A stretch of 64,000 nucleotides of DNA from Bacteroidales bacterium (GCA_012520175.1 JAAYOU010000029.1:8867-72866); one strand, 5' to 3'; counted from the first letter of the stretch, positions 7,198-17,583 are shown. Translations and numbers: made by a program. The notes: generated from the sequence alone by a model not told the origin.

Positions 7198-9053
7198 TTT
7201 ACATACGAAGATTTCAGATTTTTTTTATCTATTTTTAAAGTATAAAAACCGGGATTTATTCCATCTGTATCAAAATATTTTTCGCACCATTCCTGCTTTA
7301 CAACTTTGCCATTTATGTCTATAACGCTAATTTGCTTTGATTCATCATCAGAAAATTCGATTTTTTGGCAATTATAGCAAGGATTAGGAAATAATTCAAT
7401 AGGTTTCTCTTTTTCATTTGCATAAATATGTGTCGGATTCTCTTTCCCAACAACAATTCTTATCATTGGCGTTCCTGGAGTAATAGAATTATACCATGTT
7501 CCATCAACATTGTAAAACAGATTATTGCTCCTATCAGTATTTCTATCGTATCCAAGGTTCAAAAGCTCGTCAGAAGTCTGCTTCCATCCCACATATATTG
7601 TTCCACTCACAGCAATTGGTTCGTCAAGAATATAATTATGAAAAACATTAAAGCCAGCTTCAAACTCAGGTCTAACGCCACTTTTTTCATAAATTACAGA
7701 GCCTGGCACGCCGTTGTTATCATTCCAAACCCGCAATAGAAAATAGATTTGATTGGCATCATTAACAGTGCGATTAAAAAACATTTGCACAGCCCTCAAT
7801 GTATCAGGAATATTCAATTTGAATTTATATGCCGCTTGTCCACCATTTATTGTAAGTCCATAGCCAGCTTCAGCCGTTCCATCGTCTGGAGCAAAATAAT
7901 TATAAAATTGTTGATAAAAAGCTAATGTGTCATTTTTTGAAATTGGATCGCTGATTGTTGCAGTATTAACTGAAAATTTAACTAAAAATCTCGCATTTTC
8001 AGAAACAGACGAATTGTATTGATAAGGAATAGAGCTTCTATAAAATGCTGTGTCTGTTAATTGCGGCAAATTAAAAGCACTTAAACCAGAATTATAATTT
8101 GGCGTTGTGCCCGACAAATCCTCAATAGTCAACAATTCTGTTACATTAAGCAAAGACTCGGAGTGATTTGAATAAGGCACACTAACACTGCTTGACATTT
8201 CTCCTGCAACATTAGCTTTAAAATGATTCCAAGGCATGGAATAATAATTTTTCAACAAAGTTTCATTTGCTCCACGAAAAGCCAAATCATTTGGAATTGT
8301 ATCATTCAAATTTCTTTCGCTGTTTATGTAGATGTAGTCTATGTTCCAAAAGTCGCAATTTGATGCCCATGTTGGCAAAGACAAATCTGAATAGCTAGCA
8401 ATATTCATAAATCTGAATCTGAATTTGCTGTTCATAAACGCAGTATCAACAATTGGAATCATAACGCATTTCCAAGGACTTCCGTTTTTTTGAAGAAACT
8501 TATTATACGACATTCCTTCTTTCGCCCACTGTTTTATCCACTTATTTTGATTTGCTGCATAAAATTCCAAAAGCAACGAATCATCTTCCTCGGGCTTATC
8601 ACCAAGTCCTTGCGGCTGATAAAAAAAACTAAAGTATATTGAATCTGCAGGCGTTGTTTCATGCTGAGTGCCTAGAAAAACTGAATCCAGCCTTATTTCC
8701 CGTGATGTTAGAGTGTCGGCAAAAAATGCAAAGCTAGAGCCGTGGCTGTACAAAAAACCATTTTTATCAAGCCCATCAAAAGTTGCAACTCCAATCGTAA
8801 AAGGAGAAATAGCATAGGAATTATTTATAAAAACAGATTTATCAGAGAATTTTTTTGGATCTGGATATATTTTTGTGCTTGAAAAATCCTCATAAAAAGG
8901 CATTACTAACTGCGATGCATTTTTTTGCTCTATATTTTCTTTTTCAGATGTTATTAAAACTTGGTTCAACCCTGGTGGCACAAGCTTTTCCTGTGCATTT
9001 ACAGCAACAGTAAATAAAATTATTAAAAAACTAAAAAATTTTTGCATACCCAT
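7179..9053 (-). CDS. secreted protein of unknown function with T9SS C-terminal sorting domain
   Basis: Signal peptide MQKFFSFLIILFTVAVNAQ. C-terminus ELFPNPCYN..IEF....ISVIDINGKVV.....GFYTLKI. Confidence 0.8.
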   Translation of the reverse strand: MGMQKFFSFLIILFTVAVNAQEKLVPPGLNQVLITSEKENIEQKNASQLVMPFYEDFSSTKIYPDPKKFSDKSVFINNSYAISPFTIGVATFDGLDKNGFLYSHGSSFAFFADTLTSREIRLDSVFLGTQHETTPADSIYFSFFYQPQGLGDKPEEDDSLLLEFYAANQNKWIKQWAKEGMSYNKFLQKNGSPWKCVMIPIVDTAFMNSKFRFRFMNIASYSDLSLPTWASNCDFWNIDYIYINSERNLNDTIPNDLAFRGANETLLKNYYSMPWNHFKANVAGEMSSSVSVPYSNHSESLLNVTELLTIEDLSGTTPNYNSGLSAFNLPQLTDTAFYRSSIPYQYNSSVSENARFLVKFSVNTATISDPISKNDTLAFYQQFYNYFAPDDGTAEAGYGLTINGGQAAYKFKLNIPDTLRAVQMFFNRTVNDANQIYFLLRVWNDNNGVPGSVIYEKSGVRPEFEAGFNVFHNYILDEPIAVSGTIYVGWKQTSDELLNLGYDRNTDRSNNLFYNVDGTWYNSITPGTPMIRIVVGKENPTHIYANEKEKPIELFPNPCYNCQKIEFSDDESKQISVIDINGKVVKQEWCEKYFDTDGINPGFYTLKIDKKNLKSSYVKWILIN

Positions 9054-9057
9054 AATG

Positions 9058-9807
9058 TTATTCGTACCATAAATCTATTGTTTCGCCCAAATTAATTTCA
9101 GCTTCTTCGCTATATCTCGGGCTTTGCTTTACAACTCTAACATTTATAGTGTCTTTTGGATTCATAAAAACTTCCCCGCCAAGATTAAGCCCAGCATCAT
9201 TAATAATTAATCTTGCTTCATCTCTTGTTTTTCCCAATAATTTTGGAATATATACTTTACCCTCACCTTTGCCGCGTCCTATTACCAAATCCACTTTCTC
9301 TCCCTTATTCAAAACATGTCCCCATTGCAAAACGCGACCTTTGTATTTTGCTTTCAATACAGTTTTTCCAACATCTGGCACATATTCTATTCTTCCAACT
9401 TTCAATCCATGACTTTCTAGCAATGCAGAAGATTGCCTTGCTGTTAGGTCTATTAAATTAGGCAATTTTGTTTTTTCGGGTGTAAAAGCGATTAGTGTTA
9501 AATAAACTGTTCGTCCTTTTTTCACATGTGAAGCTGGGAGCGGCAATTGACTTGAGACAGAGCCCGGTTTTTTGCTGTTATCATAAACAGAATCAACCAC
9601 AACAAAATTATAGTGCCGACTTTCTCTCATTTCATCAATTTCCATCATCGTTTTCCCTACAAAATCTGGTACTTCTATTGATTGCCCGTGAAAAGTATAG
9701 AGTCTTAATATGAACATCGTAATCCAAACTAATATTATTCCTACAAGAATTATTAGGGCTAAATTTTTCCAAAAATATTTACTTTTTATAAAACTTAATT
9801 TTTTCAT
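9058..9807 (-). CDS. PASTA domain-containing membrane-anchored protein
   Basis: N-terminal TM segment, then three ~65 aa units of the form VPD(F/L)VG....A...L...GL, which are PASTA-like. Adjacency to rluD is common in Bacteroidota. Confidence 0.75.
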   Translation of the reverse strand: MKKLSFIKSKYFWKNLALIILVGIILVWITMFILRLYTFHGQSIEVPDFVGKTMMEIDEMRESRHYNFVVVDSVYDNSKKPGSVSSQLPLPASHVKKGRTVYLTLIAFTPEKTKLPNLIDLTARQSSALLESHGLKVGRIEYVPDVGKTVLKAKYKGRVLQWGHVLNKGEKVDLVIGRGKGEGKVYIPKLLGKTRDEARLIINDAGLNLGGEVFMNPKDTINVRVVKQSPRYSEEAEINLGETIDLWYE

Positions 9808-9894
9808 GTTTTTTATTATTAAAACAGATTTGGCTTACTTTTATTGTGAAAAATTTTATTATTTGCAAAAATACAATATTTATGTTTTTGCTGT

Positions 9895-10683
9895 TTATTT
9901 TAATTCATAATTATCCCAATCTCTTGCAAAAGGAAAATCATTCCTATATTTCATTAGATTATCCTTATTCAATTCAACGAAAATAATATCGTCTTCATTA
10001 GTTATTTCTGGATTCCAAATTCCATCTGGATTTGCAAGTATAGAGCTACCATTATATTTCCAGCCATTTCCATCTATTCCCTTACGATTAACTCCCACCG
10101 CAAAGCATTGATTTTCAATAGCTCTAGATACAAGTAAATTATGCCAATGACGCTGCCTTGAAGAGGGCCAATTTGCTGTAACCAATAAAATATCGTACAA
10201 AAACTCATCGTTTGCAAAAGAGTTTCGCAACCAAATTGGGAAGCGCAAATCATAACAAATTGCCAATTTTATATTCCATCCATGATAGTTAAAAATTGTT
10301 TGCTGAGTTCCACTTGTATATTCCAAGTTTTCTCTACCCAACGCAAACAAATGCTTTTTGTCGTATTGATAAAATTTTCCGTCAGGATTCACCCAGTAAA
10401 AACGATTACAATAATTGTCTTTTTCGCTTATAATAACACTTCCAGCAAGAGCCACATTCTGTTCTGCGGCTAAGTTCTTCATCCAATTTAGCGTTTCGCC
10501 ATTTGCGGTTTCAGCTACAGAAGCAGGGTTTGTTACAAATCCAGTTGTAAACATTTCTGGAAAAACAAAAACATCTGCATTTTTAGAGTGTTCTTTTACA
10601 AAGTTTTCCAGCATGTTCCTATTAAATTCTGCATCCTTCCATTTTGTGTCGGGCTGTAATAAAGCCATTCGCAATGTTTTCAT
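9895..10683 (-). CDS. carbon-nitrogen hydrolase (nitrilase superfamily, omega-amidase YafV-like)
   Basis: The E-K-C triad contexts are present: VFPEMFTTGF, YDKKHLF, LAICYDLRFP. Confidence 0.85.
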   Translation of the reverse strand: MKTLRMALLQPDTKWKDAEFNRNMLENFVKEHSKNADVFVFPEMFTTGFVTNPASVAETANGETLNWMKNLAAEQNVALAGSVIISEKDNYCNRFYWVNPDGKFYQYDKKHLFALGRENLEYTSGTQQTIFNYHGWNIKLAICYDLRFPIWLRNSFANDEFLYDILLVTANWPSSRQRHWHNLLVSRAIENQCFAVGVNRKGIDGNGWKYNGSSILANPDGIWNPEITNEDDIIFVELNKDNLMKYRNDFPFARDWDNYELK

Positions 10684-10814
10684 TTTTTTATTTTTTATTT
10701 GCTAACATACGATTTTTTTAACATATACAAATGTTAATAGGAATTTTTTAAAAAAACAACTTACTTTGTCTTTTAGAGCATAAAACAAACTATCCAAAAA
10801 TCAAATATAAAAAT

Positions 10815-11819
10815 TTATTTCAATTTTTCAGCCAGTTTTCTCATTTCTGTGCTTGGGGAAACATTATTATGACAAATATTGTAAACCGCATTTAAAATTG
10901 GCATATCTATCTTATAAAACTCATCATTAATTTCCTTCATACATTTGGAAGCGGTATAACCTTCAGCTACTTGCTTCATTTCAATGCGAGAATAATTTAC
11001 GCTATATCCTTTTCCAATAAGAGTTCCAAACATTCGGTTTCTACTAAATTGGCTATAGCAAGTAACAACAATATCTCCAGAATATGATGTCATTATTACA
11101 TCACGTTTTAAATGGTTTACAGCGTCTAAAAATCGCCTCATTTCTACAATTGCGTTTGTTGTAAGAACACTTAAAAAATTATCGCCATAACCTAAGCCTA
11201 CACTTACTCCAGCAGCAACAGCATATACGTTTTTCAACACAGAAGCATATTCTATACCTTCAACATCTTGCGATTGAGAAATTCTCATATTTCTTTTTCC
11301 CAACACATCAGCCATTATGCCACTAACATCTTCGTTTTTTGACGCAACAGTAAGGAATGAAAGTCTATCCATAACAACTTCTTCTGCATGAGTTGGTCCT
11401 GCTAAAGCGCCATAATTATCTAAAGGAACATTAAAAACCTGATTAAAATATTTGCTAATAATAAAATTATATTCTGGAACAATTCCTTTCACGGCTGAGA
11501 TTACAATTTTATCTTGTAAGATATTTTTGTCTAATTGCTCTAATTGTCTGTGCAGAAAAGCTGCTGGAATAGCAAATATAACAATATCTGATTCGTTTAT
11601 TACATCTTCAAGAACATTGCTCATATTTAGCAGTCCAATATTTAACTCTACTTGGCTTAAATATTCAGGATTATGACCATTATTTAAAATAGAATCTATT
11701 ACTTCTTGCCGGCGAATAAACCAATTTGCATTTTTTTGATGATGCTGCAAGAGTTTAATTATAGCTGTTGCCCAACTTCCGCCGCCAATAACTCCTATTT
11801 TATGAGCAATTTTAATCAT
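10815..11819 (-). CDS. gpsA: NAD(P)H-dependent glycerol-3-phosphate dehydrogenase
   Basis: N-terminal Rossmann motif IGVIGGGSWATAI. The length (334 aa) and the GLGYGDN / AEG motifs fit. Confidence 0.9.
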   Translation of the reverse strand: MIKIAHKIGVIGGGSWATAIIKLLQHHQKNANWFIRRQEVIDSILNNGHNPEYLSQVELNIGLLNMSNVLEDVINESDIVIFAIPAAFLHRQLEQLDKNILQDKIVISAVKGIVPEYNFIISKYFNQVFNVPLDNYGALAGPTHAEEVVMDRLSFLTVASKNEDVSGIMADVLGKRNMRISQSQDVEGIEYASVLKNVYAVAAGVSVGLGYGDNFLSVLTTNAIVEMRRFLDAVNHLKRDVIMTSYSGDIVVTCYSQFSRNRMFGTLIGKGYSVNYSRIEMKQVAEGYTASKCMKEINDEFYKIDMPILNAVYNICHNNVSPSTEMRKLAEKLK

Positions 11820-11897
11820 TTCTATTTAAAAATAATTCTGCGAAATTACAACATTTTATTAAAACAACACATACCTGCTTAAATAGTAGTGTTTATA

Positions 11898-11938
11898 ATT
11901 ATTTTGGGCAAAACATAAATAGCTTTGCCCAAAATAAT
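11898..11938. other. perfect 15-bp inverted repeat (attattttgggcaaa N11 tttgcccaaaataat)
   Basis: Read directly. It lies between the stop of the 11959-13608 gene and the start of gpsA. The GC core GGGCAAA/TTTGCCC is preceded by T-runs and followed by A-runs on both strands, so it is not a canonical terminator. Confidence 0.6.
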
Positions 11939-11958
11939 GTATGTTGTAATAACAGATT

Positions 11959-13608
11959 TTACAAATCAAAATTTTGTTTTCCTTGATTAAAAACTATATC
12001 AACAGGTATTTTATTTTCTTGTAGTCTGTCTAAATCTTTTTGTAATTCTGTTGAAATCACGCCATCACTTTCAACCCATTTTTTTACTTCGTCATAATTT
12101 CCGTCACCTTGCAATTCTACAATTTTCTTTACAAGAGATTCAACCACGCTTGGCATTTTGTCAAAATTAACAGTATAAAATCCTTTTTCATTACGCTGAA
12201 TAGCACCATTATTCATGAAATATTTAAAACACATCATGTTTGCCTTCCCATGAGCACTAGCAGCACCAAATCTAACTGATCTGAAAATACCTGCAACAAA
12301 TGAAACATAATTTTCTTTTATGTCGCCATCAGTAATTTCGCCTGCTTCACGTAATTTTGTAACTAAAAACAATCCCATTATATCAGCTTTGCACTCTTCA
12401 ATAGCAGAATAGGTGTCTTTTAGAGCCTCTCTAACAGTTCCTTTTCCATTAATGGTGTTTTTAACTCCAAGTCCGTGAGCTACTTCATGGAACATAACAT
12501 TTTGGAAAAAGGCATCAAACTTAACATATTGTTGCTGAGCTGGGTCGGTTAAAATTTTTGAAATTGGGAATAAAATTTTATCAAATTTCGCTTTCATTGC
12601 GTTTTTCAGTTGAAGTTTTCTTGTGCCTTTATTCAACTGTACCTTTTCGTCGTTTGGAAGATTTATAGCAATGGTTTTGCTTCCGCTATTGCAGTCACCA
12701 CCGTAAAAAATTGCTTCATAAACATTCATATCGCTGTCTATGCCAGGAGTTTCGCTTTTATAAGCATCTGCTACTGGTAATTTCTTTTGTAAATCAGGTA
12801 ATAATTTTGCAAATCTTTCCAGTTTTTTGCTCCATTCCACATCTTTAATTAAAATAAACGACTCAAACGCTGCTTTGTAGCCGTAAAGAGCATCTTCATA
12901 ATTTTCAATTGGTCCAACAATAAAGTCAATATTGGAATCTTTCATATCCATCCAAGCCATGTCGCTTTCATAATAATCAGAAGAAAGAAGGGCTTTTGCT
13001 CTCAATTCAAGATATTTTTTAAAACCGCTGTTTTCAGCTAACTCAGCTGCTTTCAGCAACAATTCAGAAGCCTTTGTAAGTTGCTCCTTATAAAACTCAT
13101 GATACCAAACAACGCTCAAAGATTTATCTTCGTTTCTCACAATCATGGTGTATAAGTTAGTTTTATCAGGATTGTCTAACTTTTCAAATTCTTCTTTTGT
13201 TATATCAGCAGGATAAAAGCCCGCTCCGGCTGGTTTTTCGCCAAATCCGCTTATAAAAGGCTTGTTATTGTCAAGTCTATCCCACGGACCATAATTTATT
13301 TCTGCAAAACGCTTTGCATCAGCATCTTTAATTGTGTCTAAAAAAGAACTTTTTTCTCCTATGGTTTGCATCCAAAAGAGGTCGTCCATAATTTCAGCAA
13401 CTTCAAATAGAATTGGAAGCATTTGCTTTTCTTTGGCGCTTAAATGGCTAATATCTGCTGTTAAATCAACCATTGCATACTGATCAACTTTTTCTTTCAT
13501 ATTGATTTTTGTTGTATCATTTTCATCTGTTTTCTTTTTGCCAGAACCGCATGAAACCATCGTTAGTACAAAAAGAGATAATGTCGGAATAAGGAATATT
13601 TTTTTCAT
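11959..13608 (-). CDS. lipoprotein, DPP3/M49-like zinc peptidase family
   Basis: Lipobox LTMVSCG. Zinc motif FHEVAHGLG and a second motif EECKADIMG, resembling the HExxH / EExxAE arrangement of the DPP3-like (Nudix-hydrolase-3 C-terminal) family. Confidence 0.65.
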   Translation of the reverse strand: MKKIFLIPTLSLFVLTMVSCGSGKKKTDENDTTKINMKEKVDQYAMVDLTADISHLSAKEKQMLPILFEVAEIMDDLFWMQTIGEKSSFLDTIKDADAKRFAEINYGPWDRLDNNKPFISGFGEKPAGAGFYPADITKEEFEKLDNPDKTNLYTMIVRNEDKSLSVVWYHEFYKEQLTKASELLLKAAELAENSGFKKYLELRAKALLSSDYYESDMAWMDMKDSNIDFIVGPIENYEDALYGYKAAFESFILIKDVEWSKKLERFAKLLPDLQKKLPVADAYKSETPGIDSDMNVYEAIFYGGDCNSGSKTIAINLPNDEKVQLNKGTRKLQLKNAMKAKFDKILFPISKILTDPAQQQYVKFDAFFQNVMFHEVAHGLGVKNTINGKGTVREALKDTYSAIEECKADIMGLFLVTKLREAGEITDGDIKENYVSFVAGIFRSVRFGAASAHGKANMMCFKYFMNNGAIQRNEKGFYTVNFDKMPSVVESLVKKIVELQGDGNYDEVKKWVESDGVISTELQKDLDRLQENKIPVDIVFNQGKQNFDL

Positions 13609-13714
13609 ATTTTCAAATTTTTAGCTAAGATAAAAAATTTTTAGAAATTTTAATATTAACATTTCAAAGTTTAGCATTTATAAAATTTTATCTTTTTAAT
13701 TAAATGTAAAATGC

Positions 13715-13722
13715 TATTTTTG
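13715..13722 (+). promoter_or_regulatory. candidate -7 box (TAnnTTTG) of the Dlt-like operon
   Basis: tatttttg at 13715-13722, 10 nt upstream of the ATG at 13733. Confidence 0.4.
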
Positions 13723-13732
13723 TACAAAAAAC

Positions 13733-15178
13733 ATGATATTTCCTTTTCTTCCAGAATTAAGCAACAATAATGCTATTTGCGTAAAAGACAAATTCTTTAC
13801 GTACACTCAATTTCGTAAAAGAATTGACAGTATCGCCTTTGAGCTTTCTACACACAATTACAAAAACGCAGCAATTGGTCTTGTAGCTTCTGACCACGTT
13901 GACACATACGCAGCAATAATGGCAATTTGGGCTACGGGAAACATATTTGTACCTTTAAATCCATATCATCCAAAAGACCGCATAGAAAGCATTGTTAGCC
14001 AATCAGAAATTAAATTGATTTTGTATAGTGTCGAAAAAGTTAATTCTGATAAAAATTTTGTTTGCACCTTAGACTTAGAAGAAAAAGGATTTACCGACAT
14101 TGCACAACCTAAAAATGAAGACATAGCCTACATTTTATTTACATCAGGAAGCACTGGTTTGCCAAAAGGTGTGCCTGTTTCCTACGGCAACGTGCGTTCC
14201 TTCCTAAAAGGATTAGATGCAATTCAATACGAGCTAGATGTTGACAGCAAGTTTTTGCAAATGTTTGATTTAAGTTTTGATTTGAGCATTGTTTCCATTT
14301 TAGCTCCAATGATTTTTAAAGGCTGCATGTTCACAGTCCCTAACAACGACATAAAGTATCAAACTGTTTACAGATTGCTAGAAGAATACGATATAGAGTT
14401 TGCTATTGTAGTTCCAAGCATTATTACATACCTACGCCCTTATTTTGAAGAAATTTGTCTCGAAAAAATGAAACATCTTTGCTTTTCTGCCGAGGCATCG
14501 AAAGATACAATAACTTCTGAATTTATGAAATGCTGCCCAAATGCGAAATTTTATAATTTATACGGACCAACAGAAGCAACCATTTTCGCACTATGGTATA
14601 ACATTCCAACAAAAAATATTCCTTCCCAAAACGGCATTATAAGCATTGGACAGCCTACAATTGAAACAGAAGCACTTATTGTTGACGATGAAAATAATAT
14701 TGTTAAAGACGGAGAAAAAGGCGAATTATTGCTGAGTGGAAACCAAGTTATAAGCTCATATTTAAAAGACGAAGAAAAGGACAAAGAAGCTTTTGTTTAC
14801 ATAAACAATAAAAGATATTACCGAACTGGCGATATTTGCTCAAAAGACGGAGACCTTTACTTTTATCTTGGAAGAAAAGACTATCAAGTAAAAGTTCGCG
14901 GATTCCGCGTAGAACTTAGCGAAATTGAACACCATATTACATCGTATTGCAATGAAAATCGCACTGTAGCTCTTGCTTCAAAAGACGAAAACGAAAGCGA
15001 AATAATTGTAGCAATAATTGAAAGTGAAGAAATTGACACTAAAAAACTAAACGAATATTTAAAAAGCAAAATGCCTTTTTACATGATTCCGTCAAAATAT
15101 TATTTCATGTCTAATTTTCCGCTAAATAACAATGGCAAAATAAACAGAAAAGAAATAGAAAAAATATTTTTAAACTAA
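13733..15178 (+). CDS. stand-alone adenylation enzyme, DltA-like (amino acid/acid--carrier protein ligase)
   Basis: ANL-superfamily core motifs LFTSGSTGLPKGV, NLYGPTEAT, YRTGD, GRKDYQVKVRGFRVELSEIE and NNNGKINRK. At 481 aa it is about the size of DltA. Confidence 0.85.
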   Translation: MIFPFLPELSNNNAICVKDKFFTYTQFRKRIDSIAFELSTHNYKNAAIGLVASDHVDTYAAIMAIWATGNIFVPLNPYHPKDRIESIVSQSEIKLILYSVEKVNSDKNFVCTLDLEEKGFTDIAQPKNEDIAYILFTSGSTGLPKGVPVSYGNVRSFLKGLDAIQYELDVDSKFLQMFDLSFDLSIVSILAPMIFKGCMFTVPNNDIKYQTVYRLLEEYDIEFAIVVPSIITYLRPYFEEICLEKMKHLCFSAEASKDTITSEFMKCCPNAKFYNLYGPTEATIFALWYNIPTKNIPSQNGIISIGQPTIETEALIVDDENNIVKDGEKGELLLSGNQVISSYLKDEEKDKEAFVYINNKRYYRTGDICSKDGDLYFYLGRKDYQVKVRGFRVELSEIEHHITSYCNENRTVALASKDENESEIIVAIIESEEIDTKKLNEYLKSKMPFYMIPSKYYFMSNFPLNNNGKINRKEIEKIFLN

Positions 15179-15867
15179 TGAAACCAGATTACACAATTAG
15201 ACGAGCAACAAAAAGCGACTATATGTTTTTAGCCGAAGCCGTTATTAAAGCTGACTTAGGAACAGAAGGCAAAAACTCAAGCTATGCTGCTTTGTTGGGT
15301 GTAAGCAACGAAACGGCGATTAATTCTATTGCTGCAATGATGGACGAAGAGGTTGGCGGCTGCGAATTTTGCCCAACGACATTTCTTGTCGCAGAGTGCG
15401 AAAACAAGCCTGTTGCCTGCGTTTCATCATGGATTGAAGGAGAAAACGACATTTCGTCATGGCAAATTCGCACTGCTCTAATAAGAGAATATTTCCCAAA
15501 AGGCTCTATTGAACACATTTTAAAACTTAGCGAGCTAACTAATGAAGTAATGGTGCACAGAACTGATGGAGCTTTGCAAATAGAGTCAGTGTTTGTTTCT
15601 CCGGAACATCGAGGACATGGATTGGCGTCAGAACTTATTAAAGCTCATGTTATTGACGCTCACAATAAAAATACTAGTGCAAAAATTGTAGAATTAATGA
15701 CTTATACAAACAATGAATCTGCTATTAATTCTTATTCAAAACTTGGATTTTCTATTATAAGCAAAACATGTAGTAATGATTCTAAAGCTTTGGATTTTTT
15801 TCCGCACAACAGCATGGTTTTGATGCAAGTTGAATTTGAAAAATTATTAAAACATATAAAAATATGA
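15178..15867 (+). CDS. GNAT-family N-acetyltransferase
   Basis: Acetyl-CoA binding motif VSPEHRGHGLASELI. The start overlaps the upstream stop (TAATG). Confidence 0.7.
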   Translation: MKPDYTIRRATKSDYMFLAEAVIKADLGTEGKNSSYAALLGVSNETAINSIAAMMDEEVGGCEFCPTTFLVAECENKPVACVSSWIEGENDISSWQIRTALIREYFPKGSIEHILKLSELTNEVMVHRTDGALQIESVFVSPEHRGHGLASELIKAHVIDAHNKNTSAKIVELMTYTNNESAINSYSKLGFSIISKTCSNDSKALDFFPHNSMVLMQVEFEKLLKHIKI

Positions 15868-16109
15868 AAAACGAAGAAATATCAAATAAGGTTCAAGAAA
15901 TATTTAGAGATGTATTTCAAGCTCCAACCTTAGAAATAAACCCTGAAATGACAGCATCTGATGTTGAAAAATGGGACAGCCTAACGCATTTAACTATGAT
16001 TGCAAAAGTGGAAGAGGTTTTCGGGTTTAAATTTAAATTGAAAGAAATGATCAAGATGAAAAACGTGGGAGATATGTTAAATATTATAAGCGAAAAAACT
16101 AATTCATAA
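15864..16109 (+). CDS. acyl/aminoacyl carrier protein (DltC-like)
   Basis: 81 aa with a phosphopantetheine attachment context EKWDSLTHLTMI. ATGA overlap with the upstream gene. Confidence 0.8.
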   Translation: MKNEEISNKVQEIFRDVFQAPTLEINPEMTASDVEKWDSLTHLTMIAKVEEVFGFKFKLKEMIKMKNVGDMLNIISEKTNS

Positions 16110-16110
16110 A

Positions 16111-17583
16111 ATGAAAAGATTTCAAGTATTATTAATTATTTTATTAAGTGGATTATTATTGCTTGCTGCATCATATTTTTGGCCCAAAGATGATGTTAAA
16201 TTTGGCAAACATGTAATAAAATTTATACCTAAAAATGAAATATTAAGGTTTAAAGTTCAAGAAAGCTCTCAAAATGTGGACAGCATCATTGCGGCGTTGG
16301 AATCGCGTGCGTATGGCATTAACGAAGATAATATAAAACGCATGAGTATATTAGATGAATCCATTTTTTCATCAAGTCTTTTTTTAGAAAATCCTGAAAC
16401 TGGCAATGGAGAAACAGCTTTAAGCAACTTCTTTAAAGCTCTACAAAAAACAGACTCAACACTTATTCGCATAGGGCATTATGGCGATTCGCAGATAGAG
16501 GGAGACCGCATTACAAGCATTATTCGAATAATGTTTCAAGATAAATTTGGCGGAAACGGCGTGGGATATGTTCCTATAGATGACATAACAGATCCTGTAA
16601 GCTACACTAGAAGCTGTAGTCCGAACTGGGTGCGATATACTGTTTTTCACAATAGATCTTCAAAAGGGCTTTACAACAATGGAGGCTGTGTTTTTCGCTA
16701 TCGTTTTGTAGTGCCAGAAAGCACTAGAGACAGCATTTCAGACAAAGGCGACACAATAAAAATAAAAGTTCCTGCTGCGTCATATTCTGACGCTACTCTT
16801 TTTCTAAGGCTTTTCAGAGGCTATAGCAGTATGTCTATTTGGTACGGCAATGGGACAGAAAAATCAAATTTAAAAATATATAATAGCAAAAACAATGAGC
16901 TTTTAGCTAATGTTTCCTTAAACTCAGAAGACCTTTTTAATGTTTTAAAAATTCCGCTAACGCAAAATGCCACAACAATAAAATGCGTGTTTACTGGTCC
17001 TAGCCCAGAAATATATGGATTTAGCTTTGACCCGCTAAAAGGCGTTCAGTTTGACAATTACGGACTACGCGGTCATGGCGGCGAAGGAATTTTAAGTATT
17101 TCATCAAGCTTTTTAAATGTTCAATTCGTAAAACTTAATAATCAACTAGCTATTTTACAATTTGGCGGCAATGTAACACCATACGTTAAAAACGAATCAT
17201 CTTTAAATGGCGTAAAGCAAAGCTATAATAGGCTGTATGCACATTTCCGAAAAGCTATGCCTTCCGGCTCTGTATTGGCAATTGGCGTAAACGATGTAGC
17301 ACGCAGCGTTGGAGGCACATACGTGTCTTATCCAATGGTGGGTCGCATTCGTGATGTTCAAAAAGAAGTTGCCCTACAAAACGGATGTGCGTTTTTTGAC
17401 CTTTACAAGCTGATGGGTGGCGAAAACTCCGTGTTGTCTTGGCATAAAAAAGGCTGGGCATCAAGAGATGGGCATTTTAGCGATCGCGGTCGCGAAATTG
17501 TTGTAAACGAATTATTTATTGCAATAATGAGTGAGTACAACAAATTTCTTATTCATGGAACTAATTTAAAAAATGAGAAATAA
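16111..17583 (+). CDS. membrane-anchored SGNH/GDSL-fold protein (DltD/PatB-like candidate transferase)
   Basis: N-terminal TM segment. SGNH blocks GHYGDSQIEGD, QFGGN, GVNDV and RDGHFSDRG. Confidence 0.7.
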   Translation: MKRFQVLLIILLSGLLLLAASYFWPKDDVKFGKHVIKFIPKNEILRFKVQESSQNVDSIIAALESRAYGINEDNIKRMSILDESIFSSSLFLENPETGNGETALSNFFKALQKTDSTLIRIGHYGDSQIEGDRITSIIRIMFQDKFGGNGVGYVPIDDITDPVSYTRSCSPNWVRYTVFHNRSSKGLYNNGGCVFRYRFVVPESTRDSISDKGDTIKIKVPAASYSDATLFLRLFRGYSSMSIWYGNGTEKSNLKIYNSKNNELLANVSLNSEDLFNVLKIPLTQNATTIKCVFTGPSPEIYGFSFDPLKGVQFDNYGLRGHGGEGILSISSSFLNVQFVKLNNQLAILQFGGNVTPYVKNESSLNGVKQSYNRLYAHFRKAMPSGSVLAIGVNDVARSVGGTYVSYPMVGRIRDVQKEVALQNGCAFFDLYKLMGGENSVLSWHKKGWASRDGHFSDRGREIVVNELFIAIMSEYNKFLIHGTNLKNEK

